The notes below the pieces were generated by a model that saw only the letters and a list, made by a program, of their open reading frames with translations, searched no databases and was not told where the DNA came from. The translations under genes were made by a program, and so were the position numbers. From a virus (lineage: Duplodnaviria > Heunggongvirae > Uroviricota > Caudoviricetes), in the IMG/VR virus record IMGVR_UViG_3300029305_004082: a DNA stretch of 43,780 bases. The stretch is one strand, 5' to 3'. Position 1 is the stretch's first letter. Every line of letters starts with the position of its first letter. Below are positions 1 to 8,988 of this stretch, piece after piece.

Positions 1-275
1 TCGGTCTCATCGTTTGATTCAGTTCCGTCAGACATTTCTTTGCCGTAAATCACACGCAATTTAATCTCATTTTCCTTGCGAGCTTTCCAGTAGTAGAAAG
101 CAACAGCCACATCAGCCAAAGAAAATAACCCGCCCAGTATCCAATCGAGCGGGGTTAAATCACTTGTAACGGCCATCATTATCATTGAAAAGATAATGAC
201 AATAAGAAGGACTGCGGAGATTGCGAACAGTATAACTTTGCTAAACTCCGTAGTATGTTTGCGCATATACTCCAT
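1..275 (-). CDS. Holin-like membrane protein, 3' end runs off the window (absent from ORF track)
   Basis: Hand translation: MEYMRKHTTEFSKVILFAISAVLLIVIIFSMIMMAVTSDLTPLDWILGGLFSLADVAVAFYYWKARKENEIKLR... It has two hydrophobic segments. Its ATG (275-273) overlaps the endolysin stop as TGATG. The holin call rests on TM segments and position. Confidence 0.55.
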   Translation of the reverse strand, partial: MEYMRKHTTEFSKVILFAISAVLLIVIIFSMIMMAVTSDLTPLDWILGGLFSLADVAVAFYYWKARKENEIKLRVIYGKEMSDGTESNDET

Positions 276-1246
276 CACACCTTCTTTATGTATTTATTTG
301 AAATAAAACCACACTTCATTTCGTTGTCCAGAACGATAGATATGCGGCTCCAATCTAAGTTGTGGGGCAAAGCAAGCACACGGTCGTCCTTGTGCGCCAC
401 ACCAATGGCGGCATAAGCAGAACCTGCGCCAGACCGCACGTTAACACTGCCGCCGGTTACAACTGCGAAGAAGGGTTCCGCCGCAAGTGCAACCTGAACC
501 TCAAAGTCCTGCTTGCGTACAAACCCTTTATAACCGTTGTATGCGGCGTAATAATAGTCGCTGTTTTCTCCAAGGAGAGAGAAAGACTTACCTTTTGCGT
601 TGGAAATCTTAGCGACAACGTTATATGAAGCCGTGGAAGCCGCAGGCTTTTTGCGGATATAAATAGACGTATCCTTAGATACGCCTACTTTAGCAGTAGC
701 ATATGCGGTATATGCGGGTTCGTCGTTTGCCGCAGGTTCTTTGCTCAATTCGGGGAACACCCAAATGGGACGGCCAAATTTATTCCAGTAAGAACTACCA
801 CTTGCATTGAGAGGACGCTTTACAACACCAACATCACGACCCATTGATTCAATTACGTTGAGGTCATCATCAACAACATAACCAATGTGGTATACTTTAT
901 TTCCATTGTGGCGGAACACCCAGTCGCCTTTGCGAAGTTCTGCTTTGGTAATCTTTTCGCATTTGCTGTACATACCGTTAGAACTAATGTCGCCACTGGA
1001 TATCTTTTTAAGATTGTATATCCAGTACATACCCAGACCAGAACAATCGAAAGCGTAAAGAGGATTCTTGGTTGCTTTCTTTACAAAAGCAATGGCTCGG
1101 TCAGCATTTTTCGTGGAAGTTTCCATACGACGAATCCACGCATAAGGATTATCCATGTCAGAAATACACTGGCCTTGCGCAGCCCAGCAATAAATATCAC
1201 CAATGTGGGATTCGAGATATTCTATAAATTCATTAAGCAGACTCAT
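275..1246 (-). CDS. Endolysin: NlpC/P60 cysteine peptidase domain plus two SH3b-like cell-wall-binding domains
   Basis: AFDCSG (catalytic Cys) and YHIGYV (His). C-terminal repeats IYIRKKP..Y.GY.GFV and SVNVRSGAGS..GFISNKYI. Start moved to ATG 1246 behind RBS AGGAGGTG (323 aa). Confidence 0.85.
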   Translation of the reverse strand: MSLLNEFIEYLESHIGDIYCWAAQGQCISDMDNPYAWIRRMETSTKNADRAIAFVKKATKNPLYAFDCSGLGMYWIYNLKKISSGDISSNGMYSKCEKITKAELRKGDWVFRHNGNKVYHIGYVVDDDLNVIESMGRDVGVVKRPLNASGSSYWNKFGRPIWVFPELSKEPAANDEPAYTAYATAKVGVSKDTSIYIRKKPAASTASYNVVAKISNAKGKSFSLLGENSDYYYAAYNGYKGFVRKQDFEVQVALAAEPFFAVVTGGSVNVRSGAGSAYAAIGVAHKDDRVLALPHNLDWSRISIVLDNEMKCGFISNKYIKKV

Positions 1247-1976
1247 TAACACACCTCCTATGAATAAATCCAAAAATAAAACCGCCTGCCGATTTGGATA
1301 TACCTTCGCAGACGTTTTTAATCTGATTAATGCTTACTTCAACATCTAAAGCGGCAGCTCTCATGGATGGATACTCAGCAATAAAATTTCCACCCAAATC
1401 GTACTTAGCCACAGGGCGAGCATTACGGTCATTAGCATTACTTACAAATTCATATATGAATCCGTTAAGACTTTTCCTACGCTTATTACAAGCATTACTA
1501 ATAAGCAAAGGGCTTACGTCTGCGGCACGAGCGGCGGCGTTAACCGATTCATAGGTCGCTACAAACTCACCATCAAGTGTGTATTGGTTAACACCTTTGC
1601 GATGTTTGTTTGGAACCCCTTTTTGGGAAGGAGGTTTAATACCTTGGGACTTCAGGTTCTCGCTAACCTTGCGCTTTGCCTCTTTGGAAATAGTGGTTCC
1701 CCAATTACCTCCAGAAGAAGAATTGAAACCATACTTCCGGTCGGTAGAATTATAAAACGCAATCAATTCACGCTCTTTTTCATGAGCTTCTTCTTCTGTG
1801 AGATTTTCAAAAATTATTTCGTGCTTAATATTATCCCACCCAAATTGTTTGATAGCGTCAAAAAATGGTTGGCCGTAATAACCCCAACCATTACTCCAGC
1901 GAATTTCGGATTGTCGTGATGTGACGCCAACATAATGTTTTTCATCAGGTGTGGTGTGTATGTATAACGTATACAT
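1233..1976 (-). CDS. Free-standing GIY-YIG homing endonuclease with two NUMOD1-type DNA-binding repeats
   Basis: LYIH..KHYVGVT..RW, ERELIAFYNS..GFNSSSGG, and two repeats V.QY.L.G.F.A.Y.S...AA. No group I core elements seen around it. Confidence 0.88.
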   Translation of the reverse strand: MYTLYIHTTPDEKHYVGVTSRQSEIRWSNGWGYYGQPFFDAIKQFGWDNIKHEIIFENLTEEEAHEKERELIAFYNSTDRKYGFNSSSGGNWGTTISKEAKRKVSENLKSQGIKPPSQKGVPNKHRKGVNQYTLDGEFVATYESVNAAARAADVSPLLISNACNKRRKSLNGFIYEFVSNANDRNARPVAKYDLGGNFIAEYPSMRAAALDVEVSINQIKNVCEGISKSAGGFIFGFIHRRCVNESA

Positions 1977-1993
1977 TTTTACCTCGTTTTTTC

Positions 1994-2031
1994 TAAAGAA
2001 AAGCCGCCAGAGGAATCAACCCCTGACGGCT
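1994..2031 (-). terminator. Intrinsic terminator after the IPKTG gene
   Basis: AGCCGUCAGGGG-UUGAUU-CCUCUGGCGGCU (12 bp with G.U pairs) followed by UUUCUUU. Confidence 0.6.
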
Positions 2032-2047
2032 CATTTTGTTGTTTTAT

Positions 2048-2788
2048 TTACTTCTTGCGGCAAATTATATAAAGAGAGCTTGCGAGTACAAGTGCGGGAG
2101 CGACGATAGATACAGCGTCGCCAGTCTTGGGAATGCCGAGCTGAGGAGCTTCGGCCTGCACATACCAAGCAATAGTTGCACTGGTTTCGCACACACGACC
2201 AAAGTTTGCAATAAGCACATCGTCATTCATACAAATCTTGCCATCATACAGCTTCTGGATATCAATGCCGAGCTCAGCAAGTTCAGCAAGCATGTCCGCA
2301 ACATTAAGGTCGCTATTTACATCAACAACAACACCATCTGCGTTGCGAGTAAATACGAGGTCGCCAATTACAACAGTAGCACCCTCGGCAACAATGGGTT
2401 CATTCTTATACTTAAGGTCGGCAACTGCAGTCTTTTCAGTAATGCTAATCTTGACCCAAGGTTCAGCGCCAATTACCTTTGCACGGAAAATCTTGCCGAC
2501 GGCTTCAAGGTCGCTCAGATGATGATACTCAACATCGGCGTCAACCTCTTCACCTGCGGCATCAGCGGCAAACAGGTCAAAGTAAACATAATCGCCAACC
2601 TTTGCCATTGCGTTAGGAGCCTTTTCGTAAGCAACACCAAGGTCAGAATCAATCTTAACGTACTTGGTTGCGGAAAGAACGTATTCATCACATTCAACAA
2701 CGTCTACGTCATTCCAGTTAAAAGCAAAAGCGGCAGACATGCCGCAAATGAGTACAAGAGATACAAGTATTGCAAAAAGTTTCTTCAT
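2048..2788 (-). CDS. Secreted, sortase-anchored (LPXTG-type) cell-surface protein
   Basis: Signal peptide MKKLFAILVSLVLICGMSAAFA. C-terminal IPKTG, hydrophobic VSIVAPALVLASSLYIIC and basic RKK tail. RBS GAAAGGA. Confidence 0.82.
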   Translation of the reverse strand: MKKLFAILVSLVLICGMSAAFAFNWNDVDVVECDEYVLSATKYVKIDSDLGVAYEKAPNAMAKVGDYVYFDLFAADAAGEEVDADVEYHHLSDLEAVGKIFRAKVIGAEPWVKISITEKTAVADLKYKNEPIVAEGATVVIGDLVFTRNADGVVVDVNSDLNVADMLAELAELGIDIQKLYDGKICMNDDVLIANFGRVCETSATIAWYVQAEAPQLGIPKTGDAVSIVAPALVLASSLYIICRKK

Positions 2789-2820
2789 TAATTTATTAAT
2801 CCTTTCGATGTTTGTAATTA

Positions 2821-3312
2821 TTAATAACTACCACCCGTCCATGTCGGCAAGGATGAAAGAACATCCGACACTATTTCCTCTTTATCAGTTGTGGTCCAAT
2901 AGTCAATTCCTTTTTCGGGGGTATATGTAGTAGATGTAAACACCCATTTGCTATTCTCACCACGATACCACGAGCCCTTTATGTAGCTTTCGTTAGTTTC
3001 GCCGACGTACTGAATTACAGCACCTTCGGTAACGGTAGAAGGCATCACTTCGTACTGAACCGTAGCCTGACCACCAATCATTTCCAAAATATCAGCAGCG
3101 GGAATAGCCGACGGCAATGCCTTGCTGGAGCCGGTATTGCCCATTAAAGTCTTGGCCGCAACCTGCTCCAGAATCGGATGATTCCCGTTATTTCCAATAA
3201 AAAGCTCCCCGGTATCAGTGCAGAGGCCAAGTTCACCTTGCTGTAGACCCGGGGAGGCGTCAAGTGCGGCACGAGTGCCGCGTTTATGTTTTATGGTTGC
3301 CACGATACTCAA
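2821..3312 (-). CDS. Tail-fibre-associated protein with Mtd-N/hyaluronidase-like N-terminal motif
   Basis: IKHKRGT..LQQGELGLCTDTGELFIG resembles the motif found at the N-terminus of phage fibre proteins; lies in the fibre cluster. Confidence 0.55.
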   Translation of the reverse strand: MSIVATIKHKRGTRAALDASPGLQQGELGLCTDTGELFIGNNGNHPILEQVAAKTLMGNTGSSKALPSAIPAADILEMIGGQATVQYEVMPSTVTEGAVIQYVGETNESYIKGSWYRGENSKWVFTSTTYTPEKGIDYWTTTDKEEIVSDVLSSLPTWTGGSY

Positions 3313-3320
3313 CCTCCTTA

Positions 3321-3560
3321 TTAGTTAAAAGAACCACAGTCTATTTCTTGAACACTTGTAGATATCTCAGTATCCGCACTGCCGTCAAAAGTAGCAGAAC
3401 CCGCCACGTCCCCCGTAAGGGAGACAGTGACGGGCTCAGCAATTTTGCTTGCACTTACGGCATTTGCGGTGGAATCTAATTTGGTGTCGAATTTATTCTT
3501 AATTAACTCAATCAGTTTGGAGAGAGAGTTTTGCCCAGAATAGTTCAACATCTTCTCCAC
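3321..3560 (-). CDS. Small tail-fibre module protein (79 aa)
   Basis: ASKIAEPVTVSLTGDVAGSATFDGSAD is a common fibre repeat. N-terminus resembles that of 3574-4842. RBS GGAGG. Confidence 0.55.
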   Translation of the reverse strand: MEKMLNYSGQNSLSKLIELIKNKFDTKLDSTANAVSASKIAEPVTVSLTGDVAGSATFDGSADTEISTSVQEIDCGSFN

Positions 3561-3573
3561 CTCCCATATTTAT

Positions 3574-4842
3574 TTAGCTTGCGGCAAATACGCTATCCCA
3601 AATAGCCTGAACTTCAGTATTGGTCAGCTCGGCAAAGTCATCATTCTGCATGTAATTGGACAGGTCTACAAAACCAGCCAGCACATCAAACTTGTAAACG
3701 CCCTCGCTTACCTCAACAACAACAACATTGGTGCCTGCGGCATACTGGCCGTTAGCGGCATCAACGAACTTGGCGTCGGTAGTAAAAGCATCGGTTACAT
3801 TGTAAACATAACCCTCATTGGCGGCAGAAGGAGTGGGCAGGGCGGCAAAGGTAGAACTACCTGCGGCCTTGTAAGCAGAAGCAAGTCTGCCGTCAACATA
3901 AGTCTTTACGGTGTTAGCTACGGAACCAGTAGTGGACTCAGTACCATTCAGAACTTCGATTGCGGCTGCGGCGGCATCAGCGGTGCTCTTTGCGGCATCA
4001 AGTTTCGCCTTATCGCCGTCAACAAACTTGGCAAGCTCAGCGGCATTTGCATGTTCATGAGCCTTGCCTTCAACAATCTGCATACGACCGTCCATAGCTT
4101 CGTCGAGGTCATCGGCGTAATCCTTAGCGTTCTGCTCAGCGGCATTCCACTTAGCAACGTCGCCATCGGCTATCTTATCCAACTCGGTAGCATTAGCATG
4201 GCTGTGCTTCTTAGCTACAGCATCGGCAAGGTCGGCTTCGGTCTGGGTGTAGGTTTCCAGAAGTTCCTTATTGGTATGTCCGTGATTGCCCTCGGAAGAA
4301 GCAAGAACCTTTTCCTTCAGCTCGGTATTAAGGTCGTCGATAGCAACCTGAGACTTAGAAGCCAAAGCGCCAGTAGGCACAGGAATATCAACAGCCTTAT
4401 CGGTAACAGTAAGCGCAGAGCCGTTTACCTTAACGGATTCGATGATATTTACATCAGCGTCTGCCTCGATGCCCTTCAGCTTAGTTACCGCAGAAGCAGG
4501 CATAAGACCTGCGGCGGATTCGGTCGCGTCACTATAAGTAGTATCCTGTGCGGGAATGCCCAGAGCAGTGATGTCGCCCTTTTCTACGGCAGACACATTG
4601 CTTACGTGACCCTGTGCGTCAACGGTTACCTTATACAGACCCTCGTTGCGCTGGGTATACGCAGGATGGCTGTAGTTATTAGCGTTGTCGGCAATACCCG
4701 CAAGCTTCTGCTTTTCAGCAGTAGTATAATCATTGGTAGAAAGACCTTTGCCGTCAACCTTATCTACCTTGGTCCCGAACTTAGTGTTCAGCAGGGAAAG
4801 CAAATAAGTTAAGACATTTTCGCCACTATATTTAACACTCAT
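3574..4842 (-). CDS. Tail fibre protein (422 aa)
   Basis: KVDKVDGKGLSTNDYT..EK.KL.GI motif, AGLMPAS, three HxHxN repeats, Ala/Thr/Asp-rich. RBS AGGAGG. Confidence 0.7.
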   Translation of the reverse strand: MSVKYSGENVLTYLLSLLNTKFGTKVDKVDGKGLSTNDYTTAEKQKLAGIADNANNYSHPAYTQRNEGLYKVTVDAQGHVSNVSAVEKGDITALGIPAQDTTYSDATESAAGLMPASAVTKLKGIEADADVNIIESVKVNGSALTVTDKAVDIPVPTGALASKSQVAIDDLNTELKEKVLASSEGNHGHTNKELLETYTQTEADLADAVAKKHSHANATELDKIADGDVAKWNAAEQNAKDYADDLDEAMDGRMQIVEGKAHEHANAAELAKFVDGDKAKLDAAKSTADAAAAAIEVLNGTESTTGSVANTVKTYVDGRLASAYKAAGSSTFAALPTPSAANEGYVYNVTDAFTTDAKFVDAANGQYAAGTNVVVVEVSEGVYKFDVLAGFVDLSNYMQNDDFAELTNTEVQAIWDSVFAAS

Positions 4843-4862
4843 TTGTAATATAATCCTCCTGT

Positions 4863-5027
4863 TTAATCAACAATATATTGGTTCCAGAGCTCTTGGAGCC
4901 TGGTGTTGGAAATTTCCAAAAGGTCAGACTCTTCCAGTTTTATTTCGTCTAAGGCAGCATCAGCCTTATCGACATAATCCTTATTGGTTAAGTCTTTGCC
5001 TTCGACGATGTTACCCAGATATTTCAT
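4863..5027 (-). CDS. 54-aa fibre-module protein below the ORF-track cutoff
   Basis: RBS AAGGAG then ATG. MKYLGNIVEGKDLTNKDYVDKADAALDEIKLEESDLLEISNTRLQELWNQYIVD fills the gap exactly. C-terminus resembles that of 3574-4842. Confidence 0.7.
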   Translation of the reverse strand: MKYLGNIVEGKDLTNKDYVDKADAALDEIKLEESDLLEISNTRLQELWNQYIVD

Positions 5028-5036
5028 GGGTTCTCC

Positions 5037-6407
5037 TTATACGTAAAGGATGTTCAGCTTAATGTTGTTTGCGTATGCTTCGGAGATGCTAAACGTATGG
5101 TCATTACCAGAGACAGGGGAGAGGTGGTCGATTATTACCTCTTCGCCAGTCACTACGTCCCGAGCATGATAAGACAGAAGGGTGCCTGCAACGGTAGCAG
5201 TGCAAGTGGTGTCACCCGCCGCAATATTGGCTTCCATAGCAACAGGAACAGTGGGAGTGTCGGACAGGTCGTTGTAGGAGCCGCTAAACGCAACGTCCTT
5301 CAGGTCTGCCAGATACTTTGCAATCTTGCCGAAAATTACAGCAAGGCTTTCACCAGTTGCAATGTTCTCACGAGCTTCTGCGGCGGTAAAGGCGGCGGTA
5401 GTATTGCTTGCATCGCCGGTCTTGGTCAGATAATTAGAAAGGTCAATCTGAGTGTTACCAATCAGTTCCCAATCGCCGTTGGCATACAGATATTCATCGT
5501 AAATATCCTTGTTCTTGCCAGAGGTGCGTCTAACCATGTAGATGGTCGTAGTAGATATGTCAGCCTCGGGCAGAGCTTCAACAATCTGGATATCAATAGT
5601 GGAAATATTTCCAATAAGACCGTTGACTTCTTCCTTGGTATAAGTTTCGGTCTTAGTGTAGTAGTTAACCAGATTGGCAACAGTGTTGTCGATGAAGTTT
5701 TCATCGTTGGTAAGCTCGGACAGCTTAACAGGAACAGTTACGTCAACCGCCTTGTTAGTAATATCCAGAGCAGTACCATTTACCTTGACAGACTCAAGGA
5801 CATTTACCTGAGCGCCTGCGGCAATACCTGCGAGCTTAGTCTTCTCGTCGGAGGTATAATCGTTGGAAGACAGGCCCATGCCGTCAACCTTATCAACCTT
5901 ATTATCCTGCAGGTTCTTGATATCAGTAGACATAGTGCCCACATCTTCAAGCAGACCTTCTACGGCAGTATTCAGGCCATCAACGGTAGTGGTATCGGGC
6001 AGAATCCATTCAATCTTACCTGCGGCATTAATACGGGGCTGCTTACCTGCAAAATTACCAGCGGCAATAGCTTCGGCAAAGCCGTACAGCTTCATAACAC
6101 CGTCAGCGTTTACAATAGAAGCGTCGTCGCCAACAACAGCGCCGCCAATGGGCTTGAGGGAACGGTCAGCATCAATCTTGTATACGGTTACAGTATCGTT
6201 CTCGTATACGGTAATAATCTGACCCACATAAGAAGCACCGCACAGACCACGGCTATCGGGGTCGGTAGTATTACCAGCGGCATACTTTACAGCATCGGCA
6301 TAAGTTGCAAACAGGTCGGTTCTGTCCAGAGGGAATGCACCCGTTCTCTGGAACATCAACGCCCAGTCGAGCTTGGACTTATTGCCTAAATCAACAAAAC
6401 TTGCCAT
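5037..6407 (-). CDS. Tail fibre protein (456 aa)
   Basis: KVDKVDGMGLSSNDYTSDEKTKLAGI, VESVKVNG, KLSELTND, YTKTETYTKEEV, IDLSNYLTK and AFSGSYNDL fibre motifs. Confidence 0.7.
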   Translation of the reverse strand: MASFVDLGNKSKLDWALMFQRTGAFPLDRTDLFATYADAVKYAAGNTTDPDSRGLCGASYVGQIITVYENDTVTVYKIDADRSLKPIGGAVVGDDASIVNADGVMKLYGFAEAIAAGNFAGKQPRINAAGKIEWILPDTTTVDGLNTAVEGLLEDVGTMSTDIKNLQDNKVDKVDGMGLSSNDYTSDEKTKLAGIAAGAQVNVLESVKVNGTALDITNKAVDVTVPVKLSELTNDENFIDNTVANLVNYYTKTETYTKEEVNGLIGNISTIDIQIVEALPEADISTTTIYMVRRTSGKNKDIYDEYLYANGDWELIGNTQIDLSNYLTKTGDASNTTAAFTAAEARENIATGESLAVIFGKIAKYLADLKDVAFSGSYNDLSDTPTVPVAMEANIAAGDTTCTATVAGTLLSYHARDVVTGEEVIIDHLSPVSGNDHTFSISEAYANNIKLNILYV

Positions 6408-6422
6408 TATGTTCTATCCTCC

Positions 6423-7814
6423 TTACGCTATAGTCACGGTGTAGGTATTAGCGCCCAGAGCGGTACTGGGAGAATAAACCCAAACATCATAAGAGATTGC
6501 GGTGTGGCCGTTTACACCCTCAACATCAACCTCGGATTTCTCAAACTTACCAACAATATCAGTACCGAAAGCACCTGCGTCCAGAACGGCAGAAAGGGTC
6601 TTGTTTATGTTGGTGGGGAAAGCGATAACAACCTGAGTTGCACCTTCGACAATACTCATTTCGAAAGTCTGAGAAGTGCCTACGGCCATTCCGCTGTTGG
6701 TCAGCTTCTCGCGGATATTTGCGGAAGTAAGAGCCATTGCAGTAACATTGGAGCCGTAGAAGAAGCTACGGTAACCAGTTACGGTGCCGGAAGAACCGCT
6801 CTTGGAACCTGCGGCAATCTGCTTAGAAGCGTAGTCATTGCCCAGATTGGTCTTGGGAATAGCGCCTGCGTCATGGGTTGCAGTTGCGGATACCTTATAA
6901 CTGGTAGTGTCGGTTACGGTAAACTTAGTGAAGCTACCGCTTGCAGTAGTTGCAGTTGCACCATTGGAGTCAGAAATTGCCCAAGTATTTGCAACAATGC
7001 CAGTAGCAGGGCCATAGGTATAGCTACCTGCGCTCAGGCTTGCGGAATAAGTGGGAGTAAACTCAGTACCAACTTCCTTTGCGCCTGCGTCGGTCAGGGT
7101 TACAGTTACCTTGGGGTCAGTCGCAGAGGGGTTGAGTTCCTTGGTAAAGATGGCGGTAAATACATCTGCAACACTCTTACCTGCGGCGGAAATAGAGCCG
7201 GTGGCAGTCTTATTCTTGGTTACATTGCCAACCTGAGTGTAATCACCAGCGGTAACAATGTCGGCACGCATAATTACGTTGGTAGCATCAACATTGCCAT
7301 CCATAGCATTCCAAGTGCCGTTCTCGTATACATAAGCCATGTAGGAGTAAGCGGTGCCGGAAATAAGGGTGCGGATAACACAAATGTCGCCCTCGTAAGG
7401 AGTGGCATCGCCAACGATACGTGCGATAGCTGCGTTGTCAGTTTCGGCCACGTTGTCCTCGCTCACTTCACGAACACCATTGAAGTAGTTGATATTGCGG
7501 GACACAGTACCATCTTCGGCCACAGAAAGGCCACCGCCAACCTTAACACCGCCAACGACATCAGCGGATGCGGTAGGCAGTTCGTACACGGTCATTTCAA
7601 CGCCGTCGATTACCAGATTACCGTTAGTTTCGGAATCTTCCACCATAGCACCAATGGTTACCCATTCAGCGCCGTTATACTGCTTAATCTTGCCAGATAC
7701 GCTGTCAGTGTAAATCTGACCGTACTTGGGATTGGCAGGAGCGGTAGCGAGGGGCTGTATGACAGCGTTCTGCAACTCGTTACCGTTCAGATTAACATTA
7801 GTTAAATAAACCAT
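6423..7814 (-). CDS. Tail fibre / minor tail protein (463 aa)
   Basis: N-terminal NLNGNELQNAVIQPLATAP..GQIY, ELPTASADVVGGVKVG motif, Thr/Ser/Gly-rich beta-type C-terminal half. Confidence 0.65.
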   Translation of the reverse strand: MVYLTNVNLNGNELQNAVIQPLATAPANPKYGQIYTDSVSGKIKQYNGAEWVTIGAMVEDSETNGNLVIDGVEMTVYELPTASADVVGGVKVGGGLSVAEDGTVSRNINYFNGVREVSEDNVAETDNAAIARIVGDATPYEGDICVIRTLISGTAYSYMAYVYENGTWNAMDGNVDATNVIMRADIVTAGDYTQVGNVTKNKTATGSISAAGKSVADVFTAIFTKELNPSATDPKVTVTLTDAGAKEVGTEFTPTYSASLSAGSYTYGPATGIVANTWAISDSNGATATTASGSFTKFTVTDTTSYKVSATATHDAGAIPKTNLGNDYASKQIAAGSKSGSSGTVTGYRSFFYGSNVTAMALTSANIREKLTNSGMAVGTSQTFEMSIVEGATQVVIAFPTNINKTLSAVLDAGAFGTDIVGKFEKSEVDVEGVNGHTAISYDVWVYSPSTALGANTYTVTIA

Positions 7815-7827
7815 AGTTATCCTCCCT

Positions 7828-8109
7828 TTAATTTAAATAAGCCTTTCCAGAGAAAGACCCGATAAACGTGATAGTCACTTTGTTTGTATTGTTATAAACA
7901 ACTTCTCCGACAACAACGGAACCAGCACTGTCAACCACGGTAACAGAGGGGTACTTGTTGAGGCCATGATTTATCTGCCAAACGTTTGCCGCGGAAGACT
8001 GAATATGCACATAAGTTTTATCCCCACCTCCGGTGGAGGAACCACCATTGGGCACAAAATTCATAGAAGGAGAGCTGTTGGGGACATTTAAATTAATAGT
8101 AGGTAACAT
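7828..8109 (-). CDS. Small tail-associated beta-rich protein
   Basis: DKTYVHIQSSAANVWQINHGLNKYPSVTVVD..FSGKAYLN, a motif I recognise from phage tail modules; translationally coupled to the upstream gene. Confidence 0.55.
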   Translation of the reverse strand: MLPTINLNVPNSSPSMNFVPNGGSSTGGGDKTYVHIQSSAANVWQINHGLNKYPSVTVVDSAGSVVVGEVVYNNTNKVTITFIGSFSGKAYLN

Positions 8110-8417
8110 TAGAGCTCCTCCTTAGATAATGATTCGCCTATGAAGAAATCCAACGGGTCTGTGCCGAACACAGTTCCGTCGCTATAAAGAATGCGAGCCT
8201 GAGCGTACAGCCTCTTCTTCGTGGGCATCGAGAAAGATTCTTTCTGAGTTATAGGCATTAAAAAAGCACCCGAATTACTGTCGTAAGTGACTTCGCCCGG
8301 ATACTTTTTAGTGATATTATGCAGGGTAATCTCTACGGCACTAATTTCCGAAAGGTCGAGATATGTGCCCTGACTTGTTATATAAATAGGTATAGAGTAT
8401 TGGTCGCCCTGATACAC
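8109..8417 (-). CDS. BppU-like baseplate/fibre adaptor
   Basis: MYQGDQYSIPIYIT..AQARILYSDG Ig-like pattern; one-base stop/start overlaps with both neighbours. Confidence 0.45.
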   Translation of the reverse strand: MYQGDQYSIPIYITSQGTYLDLSEISAVEITLHNITKKYPGEVTYDSNSGAFLMPITQKESFSMPTKKRLYAQARILYSDGTVFGTDPLDFFIGESLSKEEL

Positions 8418-8977
8418 TATTCGCTACCTCCTTCTCCAAAAGTACCGCAGTCAATAATTGAATCCGCAAAGACAGCATCATCCGCCATTCTGGATATCTT
8501 TCCAAAAAGAACAGATAATGTTTCTCCGCTTTCAATGTTCTTACGTTCTTCGGCCTTTTCAAAATTTACCACGACATCAGAACCACTTCCTGCACCGGCT
8601 AACACGTTCGCAAGCAGAGCATAAAACTCAGCTATCGTTCCTTCATACCCAGAAGCAACAAAATTGTTATAGGTTGGGTCAGCAGGAATTAAATCAGCCC
8701 ACACATTAACACCGTCGCCAAATTTGACAATGCCTGTGTCGGATGCAAGACCGATATCGTTTGCTCTCAATATCGTAGCGGAGTCGGTGCCCCACTCAGC
8801 GGAGGTTTTAACCACCAAGGACGCCTTACCGCTCATGTATTTTTCTATTATTCTAAAATTGCTGTCGTCGCCAGTTCCCGATATACTGTCAACGTAGACA
8901 CGCCCTTCAACAGACGCATCTTCACCAAAGGGGTCAAACAGCTTTAACCCCATGTAATCTGTAGTTACGCTCATCAA
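8417..8977 (-). CDS. Tail-fibre-associated protein with Mtd-N/hyaluronidase-like motif
   Basis: TSAEW..ILRANDIGLASDTGIVKFGDGVNVWADL, NIESGETLSVLFGKI, and terminal IDCGTF. Confidence 0.6.
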   Translation of the reverse strand: MMSVTTDYMGLKLFDPFGEDASVEGRVYVDSISGTGDDSNFRIIEKYMSGKASLVVKTSAEWGTDSATILRANDIGLASDTGIVKFGDGVNVWADLIPADPTYNNFVASGYEGTIAEFYALLANVLAGAGSGSDVVVNFEKAEERKNIESGETLSVLFGKISRMADDAVFADSIIDCGTFGEGGSE

Positions 8978-8988
8978 AGACCCCCTTC

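Noticed and set aside
1233-1976. GIY-YIG ORF as part of a fourth intron
   Set aside because: No P/Q/R/S elements nearby, and both flanking genes are complete.
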